Shown here: positions 26,602 to 40,455 of the stretch, piece by piece | How the letters are laid out: every line of letters begins with the position of its first letter | How positions within the stretch are numbered: position 1 is the first letter of the stretch | Assembly (NCBI GenBank): GCA_951406725.2 | Contig: OX597836.1 | Location: forward strand, 46,624,001 to 46,688,000 | From: Octopus vulgaris | Taxonomy: Eukaryota | Length of the DNA: 64,000 nt | Direction of reading: 5' to 3' | The notes under the pieces: generated by a model | What the model saw: the letters and a program-made list of their open reading frames with translations, nothing else | Told to the model about the DNA's origin: nothing | Database searches by the model: none | Translations under genes and position numbers: made by a program

Positions 26602-26752
26602 CATATATACAATCCTACGTGGATTGTTTTCAAGTACTTTGGTTTTTCTGGGAGCCCCTTTTAAAGTAGAAGGAATAGCTAAGATTTTTTGACTGCTATT
26701 TCTAAACTTTGGTATGTGGTGAAGCAAATCTTTGCTGAACCCTAATTATAAA
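26600..26752. mobile_element. Partial copy of the 7183-7436 subfamily, opposite orientation
   Basis: aatagctaagattttttgactgctatttctaaa shared with 7385-7416. Confidence 0.7.
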
Positions 26753-26793
<41 letters not shown>

Positions 26794-26854
26794 TATATAG
26801 GTGTGTATGTATATATATGATGGTAACTCCCACCGATTTCAAAGTATGAGTGTT

Positions 26855-27277
26855 TACTCTTTTCCTCTTTTACTTGTTTCAGTCATTTGACTGTGGCCAT
26901 GCTGGAGCACTGCCTTTAGTCGGGCAAATCAGCCCCAGGACTTATTCTTTGTAAGCATAGTACTTATTCTATTGGTCTCTTTTGCTGAACCACTAGTTAC
27001 GGGGACGTAGACACACCAGCATCGGTTGTCAAGTGATGTTGGGGGGGGCAAACACAGACACACAAACATATACACACACACACACACACACATACATACA
27101 TATATACATATATACGATGGGCTTCTTTCAGTTTCCGTCTATGAAAAAATCCACTCGCAAAGCTTTGGTCAGCCCGAGGCTATAGTAGAAGATACTACCC
27201 AAGGTACCACGCAGTGGGACTGAATCCGGAACCATGTGGTTGGTAAGCAAGCTACTTACCACACAGCCACTCCTACA
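26855..27277 (-). mobile_element. SINE family A
   Basis: Full reverse-complement consensus. Confidence 0.88.
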
Positions 27278-27549
27278 CCTGAAGAAGTGAATTTTTAAAA
27301 TCAACTTTAAAAAATAAAAGAACAAAAGAAGCTGCATCTACTGGTGATGGATGCTTGGATGTAATTTGAGTCCAGGGAATGGATTTTGCTATGGAGGCGC
27401 AATGGGGAGGGACACTGGTGGTTTTGATTTTGCCTGGGACTGGGTAAATGTGTCTGTTGATTGCATGATATAGTTCTTTTATTGTTCTGTTTCTTCAACT
27501 CAAATTGTCTGGATGTATCAGGAAGCATTTTATGCCATGCAGATTGATC

Positions 27550-27742
27550 CAGGCAGATGATGAAAAGAAGTGGGCCCAGCACAGTGCCTTGCGGAACGCC
27601 ACTACTGACTTTGGCTGGGCTTGATTTTACTCCTTCAACTACAACATGATGAGATCTGTCTGTCAGGAAACACTTGATCCATTTCAGTAACTTTCCAGAG
27701 ACACCAATGCTGGATAGTTTTTTCAATAGGATCTTGTGATTA
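27550..27742 (-). mobile_element. CR1/Jockey-group LINE reverse transcriptase fragment
   Basis: KLLKWIKCFLTDRSHHVVVEG...SGVPQGTVLGPLLFII (RT motif). Confidence 0.9.
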
Positions 27743-27774
27743 ACCCAGATGTCAAATTAAGGTGTAAAAATTTT

Positions 27775-28180
27775 GGTGATTGCTTCAACTTATCCTTGTA
27801 TCTAAGAACAGGTTTTCCCTTACTGTGAGTGACATCCCTCTGCTTGTTGGTCATACAAAATAATTTTCAGAATGTGCTCATCTTTCATTTGAACAATATG
27901 TCCGGCCCATCAGCATTGAACTCTCTCGACTTTTGATGCTGGGGATCCAACATTTTTCTGAGATTTTGAATTTGGCATCTTATCATGCCATTTTATGTTG
28001 CAGATGTTTCACAGGCAACACATCTGAAAGGTTTCAAATTTCTCTCTACGCCTGTTGTAGGAAGTCCATGCTTCTGCCCCACACAAGTGTCTGCTCAAAA
28101 TACAATTGCTTTCATCATCAAGAGTACTCTTGAAGTTTACTGTACTTCCAAAATACTTAAATGACCTGACCCATTCGAGT
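27775..28180 (-). mobile_element. RTE-clade LINE RT/thumb fragment, decayed
   Basis: FKYFGST, GAEAWT, FQMCCL, IKWHDK and WAGHIVQM motifs. Confidence 0.8.
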
Positions 28181-28207
28181 GGCCTGTATGTGTGTATATA
28201 TATATAT

Positions 28208-28530
28208 ATACATAAATATAAGAGAATTACCATTAAGTGGTTAACTCTAGTGCTAAAAATAGCTCCTTATTCTGGTATAGCCATCGAAGTTGTTTCCACA
28301 AAGAAATAACATTACCTTCAACATAAGGAAAGTGAAATACAACGAACTTCGGTGGCTATACCAGAATAAGGAGCTATTTTTAGCACTAGAGTTAACCACT
28401 TAACGGTAACTCTCTTATATTTATGTATAAATTTGTATTGTCACCCTGGTTTTTTATGTGCTAAGCCACTTGGTGTTAAACTGATGGTATTATTAAATTA
28501 ATATCTAATTTTTCACCCTCATTTATGAAT
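28208..28530. mobile_element. (TA)n-embedded structured element with fold-back (28208-28428)
   Basis: Arms of ~80 bp; minus strand AGGGTG..CACC AAGTGGC TTAGCAC...GTGCTAA AAATAGC. Confidence 0.75.
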
Positions 28531-28718
28531 TTATATATATATATATAAATATATGCACACATACATATATATATGACAGGCTTCTTTCAGTTTCCGTCTA
28601 CCAAATCCACCCACAAGGCTTTTGTTGGCCCAATACTATAGTAGAAGATATTTGCCGAAGGTTCCATGCAGTGGGACCGAACCTGGAACCATGTATCACT
28701 ATATATATACATACATAC

Positions 28719-28756
<38 letters not shown>

Positions 28757-30179
28757 TCACATATGTACAGACCTCAGTGAAATCAAGGTTCTTGAAGCAT
28801 AATACTTAAATACACATCTGGGTCGCTCACAGTATTCACTCATTATGCCTTCCCCACTAACCCTTCATCTCATTATCATTGATCCCTACATCACGTACCT
28901 AAATGAAGTATTCTGCCATTGCAATTAAATGTGAGCTGAACTACATATTTCACCATCATCTTTTTCTGTGACACCAATAATATTTCTTTATCTTTGGAGC
29001 CACTCCACTTGATATTCATCTTTTGTTTTTAACATTGTCCATCTCCACCCACATTTTATAGTGATCACTCTTTTGTTTTAATAAATTATCTCTCCTTCTT
29101 CCCCCCACCGAATCACTCCCTATCAATATACACCTCACATTCATACACTGCACCATCTCCATGTCCCCTCACATACTCTTGTAACCTACCCACCCATATG
29201 TTATCTCATGTTCTCTTATCCATCCCCTGTCTACTGCGCTCTTACTATTCTGCAGCACTTCACCCACTTTCCGTATTAGTCATCACCTACTCTTCACACC
29301 CTTCCTTCCAACTCATATGTATCACTGTTTACCCTTCCACCCATGTTTCCTATTCACTGCATCCACAACCAACCCTACCCAATATCTAACTAACCCTTAC
29401 TCTTCCCATATATTCTTACAACTCAGCCTAGCCACCCTTCCTGTTCTGTATCAACTCCCATCTGATCATATTATACTTTGAGGACACCCTAATACCTTGT
29501 CAACACCATCTTTAACTCTCTTCCCAACTCCACCCCAATAACTCCCACTAAGTCTTGGATAATCTAAACATCCCTGTCTCTCCTCCACAGTAAGGAATCT
29601 GTTCTACTTCTTTCATACTGAGATCTTTCATCACCTGACATAAAGCTGTCTTTTCTAGAAGACCCTACTACGTCAAAAGGAATATTAGTCATGTGAAAAT
29701 ACAGAATAACTTCACTAGTGATGGTGCCAGGAAAAAAAGGCAAGTTCACAAAGTGTACTTTGTGAACTTGCTGACATTGGGAAGGGCATCAAGCCATAGA
29801 AATTATGTCAAATTCAAGTTCTTTTAAAGTAAAAATTGTTTAGAGGTTTTTAGTTTTTTTAAAAATTTAAGGTGCTTTTGTTGTACATTTATCAGACATT
29901 GATGTTGTGTGATTGGCCTTCAAGAGGATTCTTCTAATTCTGATAAGAATACTTGTTTAAGGGCTTCCAGTTTTTCGAGATTTTGTTGCATATATATATT
30001 TCAGAAGACCTATATATACATACATATATATATATACACACACACATGCATGTGTGTGTGTATGTGTGTGCTTACATGCATATCTATATCTATATGTCTA
30101 TGTATGTATGTATGTGCGTATATATATATATATCAACAAAAGGTGTGTATATATATATATATATATATATATTTATTAC

Positions 30180-30211
<32 letters not shown>

Positions 30212-30346
30212 TACATATATATATACATACATACATACATATATACATATATACATATATGTATATATATATATATATATACATATATGTATATATATAA
30301 ATATATACATATATGTATATATATATATATATATATACAAATATAT

Positions 30347-30387
<41 letters not shown>

Positions 30388-31212
30388 TATACATATATAC
30401 GTCTACCAAATCCACTCACAAGGCTTTGGTTGGCCCGAGGCTATAGTAGAAGACACTTGCCCAAGGTGCCATGCAGTGGGACTGAATCCAGAACCATGTG
30501 GTTCGTAAGCAAGCTACTTACCACACAGCCACTCCTGTGTCTAATATGTGTACAACATGCATACAATCATATATATATATATATATTCGGTAGAGAAAAT
30601 CTTTTAGTTAAACCAGCAAGACTAAACACATTTTTATTAAACATACATAAGTAAATATATATACAACTTATACACATACACACACCTGCGCACAGGAACT
30701 CGTATAAACTCTGTAATGAGGAAGCCACATAGCAATATCCACACACAATCCTCTTCACCACCACCACCACCACCACCACACACAATCCTCTCCACACACA
30801 ATCATCTTCATTTCCCCCTCCTCTGTTTTCAATCTAACCCTCCCCACCTCACCCCATTTGACTGATCTACTTCTTGTTGTTTCTTGTATTCTACTGAGTG
30901 AACTTAATTAAAATGACAACACCCCCCCCACACACACACACACTTCCACACTCACCCCCCTCCACCACAAGCACCACCTAACAACATTATGAATAAGTTT
31001 AAAATCAACCTTTTGTTGCCAATATGTGTGTAAGTGTGTATATGAATATGTCTATATATACATATATATATATATGTATGTATATATGCACGTATGCGTG
31101 TGCATGTGTGTGTATCTTAGTGTGAGTTAGAAAGTGTATCTGTGTATGTGTGTGTGTAGCTTATAATTTATAAACTAATTATTTTTTATTTAATGATTTC
31201 ATTCATTTCAAC

Positions 31213-31444
31213 CAGCAATTCTTAAACATTTTTTTACCTATGGGACCCTTTATAATTCCTATTTCACTCAGGTGGACCCCCATGGCCATTCAATGAGTAA
31301 AAAGAAAATCCTATTATGAAAAGAAATTGTTAAACTAATTTGTGCAATTGTAGAAGTATAATTAATTCATTGCACATAAATTTTAACAACAAAATCTTAT
31401 GTGGATCCGCCACGGGCCATATGGATTGCTGCTGAGAACCACTG
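31213..31444. mobile_element. hAT (Charlie-like) MITE
   Basis: Ends cagcaattcttaaac / gctgagaaccactg; related 3' part near 45170-45399. Confidence 0.6.
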
Positions 31445-31669
31445 GTTTAACTGGTGAGCATTTGAACTGCCCATGTCAGGCATAAATATTCTGCCCATTT
31501 TATGTTCAAACTAACCAGATCCAGCCTCTCACACATACCCTACAATGTCATTCTAAGAATAAACAAGCGCATCATTGAAATCTCCAAACTACAAGATAAT
31601 GCTCAATTAATCCTAAACAAGGTGAAGAAGTAAGCATTGCATTTGACAGAGGAATCTGCTAAAGAGTTA

Positions 31670-32192
31670 CCATAAATCCTCGAGTATAGTCTGCCCTTGA
31701 GTATAATATGCAGAGGACTTTTAGGGGGCTGTACCACTGAAAAACCTAAACCTTGTGTATAATACACACCCCTTCTCTAACTTGAGTCGTGCGTAATTAA
31801 GCCAGTAGCACCTAGTCGAACAAACACTTCCGCGCATGTGTAATACAATAATGGTGATGTTCTTAACTGTTATATGGGAATGTAAATATGTTTGCAAATT
31901 GTTTTTGTTACATGTTATTCTGTGTTTTTAATACTTTTATTTTAATAAATGTTGCTTAGTGCAAGTTATGGATGATTCTTTTATGACTTCATTGCTTTCA
32001 GGCTTAGCTTAAGGTATTTTCACGCCCGACATCACAAAATGCGTCTGAATAAACATTGCCGGACAGCAAATAGAGACTCAGACATTGCTTAGAAAATATT
32101 TTTCATTTTTAACCTCGTATATAGTATGCACTTGGGATTTTGACCTTTTAATTTTGGGAAAACAAATGCGTATTATACTTGAGGATTTATGG
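31670..32192. mobile_element. pogo/Tigger-type MITE
   Basis: TIRs ccataaatcctcgagtata / tatacttgaggatttatgg, TA on both sides. Confidence 0.8.
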
Positions 32193-32581
32193 TAAGCACA
32201 TGGCAAGAACTATTGAAGTGACTGAATTAAACCTTATTATATTACTGGTATTAAAGGAGCCGGAACCCGCGAGGGAGGAATATCTAATTAGACATGAGAT
32301 GAAGAGGTGAAAAACCTAATCTCAAGTGGAGATGACATGTGATGATTGGCAACATGTGGTACTAGAGAACATCTGCCCGCCTGCATGATAGCATGGTGGA
32401 ACAAATATTGAAATGGTGCAAATGACGGTGGGGTGGGAGATATAGGTACATTTTGGTCCTCTCACCCCATACACACACATTTATTAAACCTCTGTTCGTT
32501 AGACTCTTTTATTTCTCTGATACTCTCATTGCCCAACTAACAAAGGATGGAGCTGGGCGTCTCTGTATTCAACCCTCTTTA

Positions 32582-32629
<48 letters not shown>

Positions 32630-32833
32630 AAGGAGACATTGCATTTAATCTGTTTGTACCTAATAAACCCAACCATCACACTTTTTGAGTTGTCATCCAT
32701 CCCTCTCCCTCTTACCACCACCCATTACTCAATTTCTCTCTTCTGCACCAACAGATATGCACCTGCCACCACTTTCTCCATTACTCCCTCTTATTATTCT
32801 CTCTCTCTGTCTCTGTCTCTCTGTCTCTCTCTG

Positions 32834-32905
<72 letters not shown>

Positions 32906-32978
32906 TATTACACCCTCCTATGCTGTTTCTCTCTTCATTCTACCAATCCCTTCACCCACTCATCGCATATCTTCTCTT

Positions 32979-33028
<50 letters not shown>

Positions 33029-34263
33029 TTGAACAGCTGGAGATGCTACAGAGTAGTGGGGAACTCTACAGACTCATGTAATATAAGGCAATCTATTAAT
33101 GCAATTGCCACAATAAAACGCATTTAATTCACTCTTTAAAGTTGATAATGAATGAACAGAGTCAACGTAGGGGTAAAAGCACCAGTCAGTTGGCCGAGGG
33201 CACAACAAACTCCCAAGTGTTGGTGCCATGGGAAAAGGCCCATCAGTACATTCTATAAAGAGATTATTATTTGGAAGGGCGATCAGACATAGAAACCATA
33301 CCACAAACAGAACATATGAGAAGTGTATCTGAAACCAGTTGAGGGGGAAACAGTAATTTTGAATAAAATCTGATTTGAAATGTAACAACCCATTGGACCC
33401 ATAAGAGATGGAAGCGAAATAATAATAATAATGATACTGATGGTAATGGTGATGATGATGGTAATGACAATGACGATGACGAGGATAATGATAATGACGA
33501 AGATAATGAAAATAGTGATGATGATGATGATGATGATGATGATATGGTGGTGGTGGTGGTGGTGGTGTGTTCGGGTCAAATATTTCCAGTTTTCAATTCA
33601 AAACCCATCTCATTTTATGAGTCAACAAGTGACTTCGTACACAGCTGCTTGACCTCCTGGAAACAGCAGTCACATCCCGTCTCAAATTATACTACTCCAT
33701 TATCAAAGTAGAACATATTAGATGATGCAATTCATGATAATACAACAAAATTATGTACTTATGTTCTAGATGCCACACCCACCACTGGGATCGAACCCAA
33801 GTCCCACCTGCCCCATCCATATTCCATCTGTCTCCCTTTCCATGTTCTCCCCATCACAACATGAAGGCTACCTGTCAACTTTAACAGCCCAACTTGTGGA
33901 AGGAATTGAAGAAGTCATCCCTAAACTGGAGACTTGGCTCTAATGCTTGCAATCTAAAGGTGCCCAAGGGTCAGGTGGTAGTGCTAAACTGGACGGCAGA
34001 CTAAAGCTACCACTCAATATCGCTGCTCCACTCATGTTCTGGCTCAGAGGACTGCTCAGAGGACCCCACTCAAAGGGCCGCAAATTAACAAAACTCTCAT
34101 CAATATTACAATGCTACAGAAGGCAGGGAGCTGGCAGAATTATTAACACACCAGGCAAAATGCTTAGTGGCATTTCATCTGTCTTTACGTTCTGAGTTCA
34201 AATTCCGCTGTGGTCGGCTTTGCCTTTTAAAATAATAATAATAATGAAATTATTGTATACAGT

Positions 34264-34688
34264 GGCGCAGGAGTGGCTGTGTGGTAAGTAGCTTGCTAAC
34301 TAACCACATGGTTCCGGGTTCAGTCCCACTGCGTGGCATCTTGGGCAAGTGTCTTCTGCTATAGCCCCGGGCCAGCCAATGCCTTGTGAGTGGATTTGGT
34401 AGACGGAAACTGAAAGAAGCCTGTCGTATATATGTATATATATATATATGTGTGTGTGTGTCTGTGTTTGTGTGTCTGTGTTTGTCCCTCTAGCATTGCT
34501 TGACAACCGATGCTGGTGTGCTTACGTCCCCGTCACTTAGCGGTTCGGCGAAAGAGACTGATAGAATAAGCACTGGGCTTACAAAGAATATGTCCCGGGG
34601 TCGATTTGCTCGACTAAAGGCGGTGCTCCAGCATGGCCGCAGTCAAAATGACTGAAACAAGTAAAAGAGTAAAAGAGAGTAAAAGAGT
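34264..34688 (+). mobile_element. SINE family A, young full-length copy
   Basis: Full consensus from ggcgcaggagtggc to (agagtaaa)n. Confidence 0.92.
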
Positions 34689-35019
34689 GCTCAGGTGCAC
34701 CACAACTTGTCAAAAGTGCATATAAAGCATATGCAGTAATGTACAAATGTCTGGGAAGTGAACAGTGTACGAGTCAGATATATGCTTGCGTGTGTATGGA
34801 GGGGAGAAAATCAGGTGTATGTTGGGGTCGATAAAATAAGGACTAGTTGAATACTGGGGTTGATGTAATCGATTTATCCCCTTCCCAAAAATTGCTGGCC
34901 TTGTGCCAAAATTTGAAACTAATTTTACAATGCTACAGGGGATGGACTGGCAGAACTGTAAGTAGGCTGGGCAGAATGCTTGGCAGCATTTTGTCCATCT
35001 TTACGTTCTGAGTTCAAAT

Positions 35020-35610
35020 GCTTTTACTGGTTTCACTCATCACACTGGGGCCATGATTAAGAATTTTTAGTCAAACAAATTGACCTCAGTTCTTATTTTC
35101 TTCAGGAGCCAGGTATTTATTCAATCAGTCTCTTTCGCCAAACTGCTAAGTTACAGGGATGCAAACACACCAACACAAGTTGTCCAGTAGTAGGCCGTGG
35201 TGGGGTGGGGAGCAAACACTAACACACACACATACATACATACATGATGGGCTTCCTTCAGTTTCTATCTATCAAATCCACTTACAAGGCTTTGGTTGGC
35301 CTGGACCTTTACTAGAAGACGACATTCTGAAGGTGCCATGCAGTGGGAGTGAACCCAGAGCCATGTGGTTGGGAAGCAAGCTTCTTATTTCTTTATTGCC
35401 CACAAGGGGCTAAACATAGAGGGGACAAACAAGGACAGACAAAGGGATCAAGTCAATTACATCAACTCCAGTACATAACTGGTACTTAATTTATCGACCT
35501 TGAAACGATGAAAGGCAAAGTCGACCTCAGTGGAACTTGAACTCAGAACAGACCGGCAGATGAAATACTAATGCTTCCGCCAGCTTCTTACCGCACAGCC
35601 ATGCCTGTAT
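35020..35610 (-). mobile_element. SINE family A with nested SINE B (35385-35585)
   Basis: Reverse-complement consensuses. Confidence 0.75.
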
Positions 35611-36016
35611 CTTATATGTTCAACTATTTCAGTTAGAGATGTTTCTCCTCTCAAGGTTTCCTAATGTTCCTCTATAGTCTCCCAAATCGGTCTCTATAGC
35701 AACTCCCACAAAATATGCACCAAAACCAAAGATGTAATTGTTATCTCCCAGTCAGTCCTGGCTAAATTTAAACTTTGGCGAGGGATCTGCAAAACGTGGT
35801 TTAGGTATTACAGGTCCTCAGAAGTTTCTAAGAGAGAGACCTTTTGCAGTGGAATTTAGCACAACTGTGCCTCAGAGTGACTTTGGCGGAATATCATTTA
35901 TAATGGGTCAGCACCTCTTTGTTGTTATTCAGAAATGTATTTTAGAGGGGGGTAAGCTAGTTTGATCAATTTCATGTCGCGTCTCTACCTAGCCTTCAGT
36001 ATCTCCTACATAGCAT

Positions 36017-36047
<31 letters not shown>

Positions 36048-36213
36048 TATATATATATATATATATATTTGTATATATATAAGACTTTCAGATACTGAGG
36101 TCATAAATCTGCCAATAAGATCAAAAACAAGTATTTACAAGTGTCATAGTTTTTTTGTTGTTGGCTGGCGGTGGTGGCAGTGGTAATAAAATGTTTTGTA
36201 CATACACACACAC

Positions 36214-36252
<39 letters not shown>

Positions 36253-36259
36253 TACATAC

Positions 36260-36326
<67 letters not shown>

Positions 36327-36521
36327 TATACATATATATATACATATATACAAATAAATATACATATATATATATATACATATATACATAAAAATATATG
36401 CGTATATATATATATATATATATAATTTTAATCCAAACGGGAAACAAAAAAAAACAACAACAAGGGAACAATTACAGTATTATTATTAATAGGCGCTCAG
36501 GAAATGGAAGCAGGGAGGTAT

Positions 36522-36548
36522 GACGTTTCGAGCGGAGCTCTTCGTCGG
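36522..36548 (-). ncRNA. Minimal type I hammerhead-like motif (core variant CCGACGA)
   Basis: CCGACGA-A-GAGC ucc GCUC-GAAAC-GUC. Confidence 0.5.
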
Positions 36549-36649
36549 AAACATAAAGAAGGAAGAGAGAGGAAAGAAAGATCCCGGAGCGGGCAACGGA
36601 GATAGATGCACATATATATATATATACATATATGTACATATATATATGC

Positions 36650-36773
<124 letters not shown>

Positions 36774-36774
36774 A

Positions 36775-37180
36775 AAAAGTTTTGAATGGTACAACAATGC
36801 ACTAGAATACAAACAATGGGCTGTGTATACCTGTTGTAATTTAGTCATCCATAGTCTGATGATATTTCGGAATGAAATTCCTTCTTCAGAAATTCTTAGA
36901 TGGAGTCGCTGCTATAATCAGTTTTCCAATGGCTTTTCTTTTTTATTTGTTTTTTTTTGGGGGGGAGGTGTCCCAATAGTGGTCTCATGAAGCCCCTTCC
37001 GGAATTCCTCATGAGAAAAGCCGTTGGAAAACCGATTATAGCAGCGACTCCATCAAAGAATTTCTGAAGAAGGAATTTCATTCTGAAATACCATATCAGA
37101 CTATGGATGACTAAATTACAACAGGTATATAGCCCATTGTCTGTATTATAGTGCATTGTGGTGTCATTCAAAACTTTTTT
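36775..37180. mobile_element. Inverted repeat (~165-bp arms), each arm with a hammerhead motif; Penelope-like pLTR remnant
   Basis: CUGAAGA-A-GGAAU uuc AUUC(C/U)-GAAA...AUC AGA at 37064-37100 (+) and 36889-36855 (-). Confidence 0.65.
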
Positions 37181-37225
37181 TCTTTATAATCAATACACAA
37201 TGCTTCAAGCAAACTACAATACTCT

Positions 37226-37260
<35 letters not shown>

Positions 37261-37267
37261 CACATAT

Positions 37268-37810
37268 ATATATATACACATATATATATTGATAAAAATA
37301 GTAAGATAACAAAAGAAGAAAGAGACCTCGATATTATGTAAAATAGAGGAATTTATCTGCAAATGTAATACGAGACGATTATTCAGTAGCCATGATAAAA
37401 CTCCGAGGTGTACTAGCCTAGTGGTGGTCCTAATTTTCGCATTTATTTTTCTTAAAATTTCTTTACTAATAAAGCCAAGTTCTGATTTAGCTGGATTAAT
37501 AAGCCTACATTTAGGGTTGAAGCTGGAGGAATGTATACTTTAGGCGCACGCACATGGGTGTGCGGGCACACATGTGTAGGTATGAACAGGCGCGCTTACG
37601 CGAAAACTATGAACTTTTTTACCCCCTTACTTAGCAGTCATTCGAATAGCTCTTTTGTCTTAATAACGGTCAATCACACAGTAATTTCCTTTTGTATAAT
37701 GGTCATTTTTCATAGCATTTTTCCGATGGCCAGATTACTGAAGAGATGGCGGCGTGGATTTCCATCTCGGCATCCGAAACTCGAATAATTGTCTCATATT
37801 ACATTTGCAG
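37268..37810. mobile_element. Microsatellite-flanked Penelope-like fragment with partial terminal inversion and a hammerhead-like motif (37738-37783)
   Basis: 37358-37384 is inverted at 37784-37810; the left end is homologous to 16305-16380 (reverse complement). Confidence 0.5.
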
Positions 37811-37811
37811 G

Positions 37812-37875
<64 letters not shown>

Positions 37876-37957
37876 TATATACATATATATGTGTGTGTAT
37901 GAGCCACAATGACTGACTACTAGGTCCAAAAGTTTTTTATTCTCTCTTTGTCTATTT

Positions 37958-37990
37958 CTGTTGAAGAGCATAGGCTTGAAACATAAAAGG
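37958..37990 (+). ncRNA. Minimal hammerhead-like motif (core variant CUGUUGA)
   Basis: CUGUUGA-A-GAGC auag GCUU-GAAAC-AUA; homologous element at 52670-52820 (-). Confidence 0.45.
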
Positions 37991-38109
37991 CTTTCTCATC
38001 TTCCCGAGTGTTAAACTAATACATCGTCTTGCTGTTTATATGCCCGTCTTCATCTTTTGTTTTTCCTGTAAATTTCAACTAGAAATATATATATATATTT
38101 ATATATGTG

Positions 38110-38163
<54 letters not shown>

Positions 38164-38182
38164 AATATATACATATATACAT

Positions 38183-38231
<49 letters not shown>

Positions 38232-38335
38232 TACACAAATATATACATATATATATAAATGCATATATATATGTATATACAAATATATATATATATATAT
38301 ACATATGTATATATATATATGTATATATATTTACA

Positions 38336-38373
<38 letters not shown>

Positions 38374-38527
38374 CATACATATATATATGTATATATGTAT
38401 ATATATACGCATATATACACATACATATATACATATATATATATGTATATATATATCTATATATACATGTACATATATATATATATATATATATACATGT
38501 ACATATATATATATACATACATATATA

Positions 38528-38605
<78 letters not shown>

Positions 38606-38755
38606 CAAATGTATATATACTTCTATGTATACATGTAATTTTGTGCATGTATGTGTGTTCAGAGGTATTAATATCACCACACACTATGAATAAAGTTGGG
38701 CAGCTGATAATTATTCCACTTCATGTTAAATAGATTAGGTGCTGCGTGTAGAAAT

Positions 38756-38791
<36 letters not shown>

Positions 38792-38938
38792 GCATAGACA
38801 ATATATATGTATGTTGAGTGGGAAAGAGACACATAAATTCTATGCATGTATAGATTGATATGCATATATGCATGTGCAGATGTATGTTTATGTTTTATAA
38901 CGGATGTATATCATTATACTACCAAATACGTATGTGTG

Positions 38939-38983
<45 letters not shown>

Positions 38984-39939
38984 ACACACATACATACATA
39001 CATATACTTGTGTGTGTGTCTGTGTGTTAACCCAAATATCACTGACTAAATCAGTGCCAAAAAGAAACAATTTTAATGAGTTTTCCCAACGAAACTCTCA
39101 ATTAACAATGTAACACTAATTACCATATTGAAAGTAGTAGACTAAAGACATCATTACAATGATCACGACCATCATCATCATCATCATCATTAACTTCCTC
39201 CCCTGCAGACCTTCCTATTGTCTTCTTGTTTGATTTACATAACAAAGAGATTCACTTCAGAGGTTGGATAATTCCATTTTATTGCCAGGGGTGTTTAAGT
39301 TGTTAATGATCTTAATTAAATAACCACCCCTAATTAAACCAGTTCTTTACATAGACTTAACATACATGCTGAAAATGTCACACAGCTGAGAGGCGGGTGG
39401 GGGTGGAGCAGGGGTGAAAGGATTATTCTTATTTAACCCTAGGTTAGCCCCGATGGTGCTGACCAAAAGTTAATTACTTCCCAGACAAAACCACTGATCT
39501 TTTCTCCAAAGCTGATCCGTCTTGGACTACAGTATCCTTGCTTTAAGATGCTACAGTGTAATTAGAGGGAGATTTTGTTATTATTTCTTGCAAGTTGATT
39601 GATCACATTGAGGATCCCTTGATGGTCCCATGCTCCAAAATAACAGCTGGCCTAATGATATGCAGAGTCCATCATCCAGTGTTGTGTTGTGTAGAATGGT
39701 TCTACAATGGCATTGAGGGCTTGTATCAGTTGCAGACGTTTCAAGTGAGAATATATGACATCGATCTTCAGATGCTGGGCCTCACTGAGGAAATGACAAG
39801 GGACTTGGAGATGCGGAAATTTGCTGTGCTTGATAAGATGCGTCAAGTTAAGTAAGATTGTTGTCTTCCACACATACAAGCTTGTCCTTTGCAGGTGCTG
39901 GTGTCACTTGAAAAGCACCTGTGCCATTGCTGCATTAAT

Positions 39940-40455
39940 GCATTGTGCTGGTGCCACTCGAAAGGCACCTGTGCCAGTGCTGCATTAACGCACCTGTGCT
40001 GGTGCCACTCGAAAGGCACCTGTGCCAGTGCTGCATTAATGCACCTGTGCTGGTGCCACTCGAAAGGCACCTGTGCCAGTGCTGCATTAACGCACCTGTG
40101 CTGGTGCCACTCGAAAGGCACCTGTGCCAGTGCTGCATTAATGCACCTGTGCTGGTGCCACTCGAAAGGCACCTGTGCCAGTGCTGCATTAACGCACCTG
40201 TGCTGGTGCCACTCGAAAGGCACCTGTGCCAGTGCTGCATTAACGCACCTGTGCTGGTGCCACTCGAAAGGCACCTGTGCCAGTGCTGCATTAACGCACC
40301 TGTGCTGGTGCCACTCGAAAGGCACCTGTGCCAGTGCTGCATTAACGCACCTGTGCTGGTGCCACTCGAAAGGCACCTGTGCCAGTGCTGCATTAACGCA
40401 CCTGTGCTGGTGCCACTCGAAAGGCACCTGTGCCAGTGCTGCATTAATGCACCTG
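39940..40455. repeat. 51-bp tandem repeat, about 10 near-identical units
   Basis: Unit gcacctgtgctggtgccactcgaaaggcacctgtgccagtgctgcattaac; lies inside a (GAT)n-tailed retroposon ending at ~40670. Confidence 0.95.

Noticed and set aside
29740-29771. 32-bp hairpin gcaagttcacaaagt-gt-actttgtgaacttgc
   Set aside because: Isolated, with no (TA)n flanks or structured motif; likely a small repair-derived inversion.
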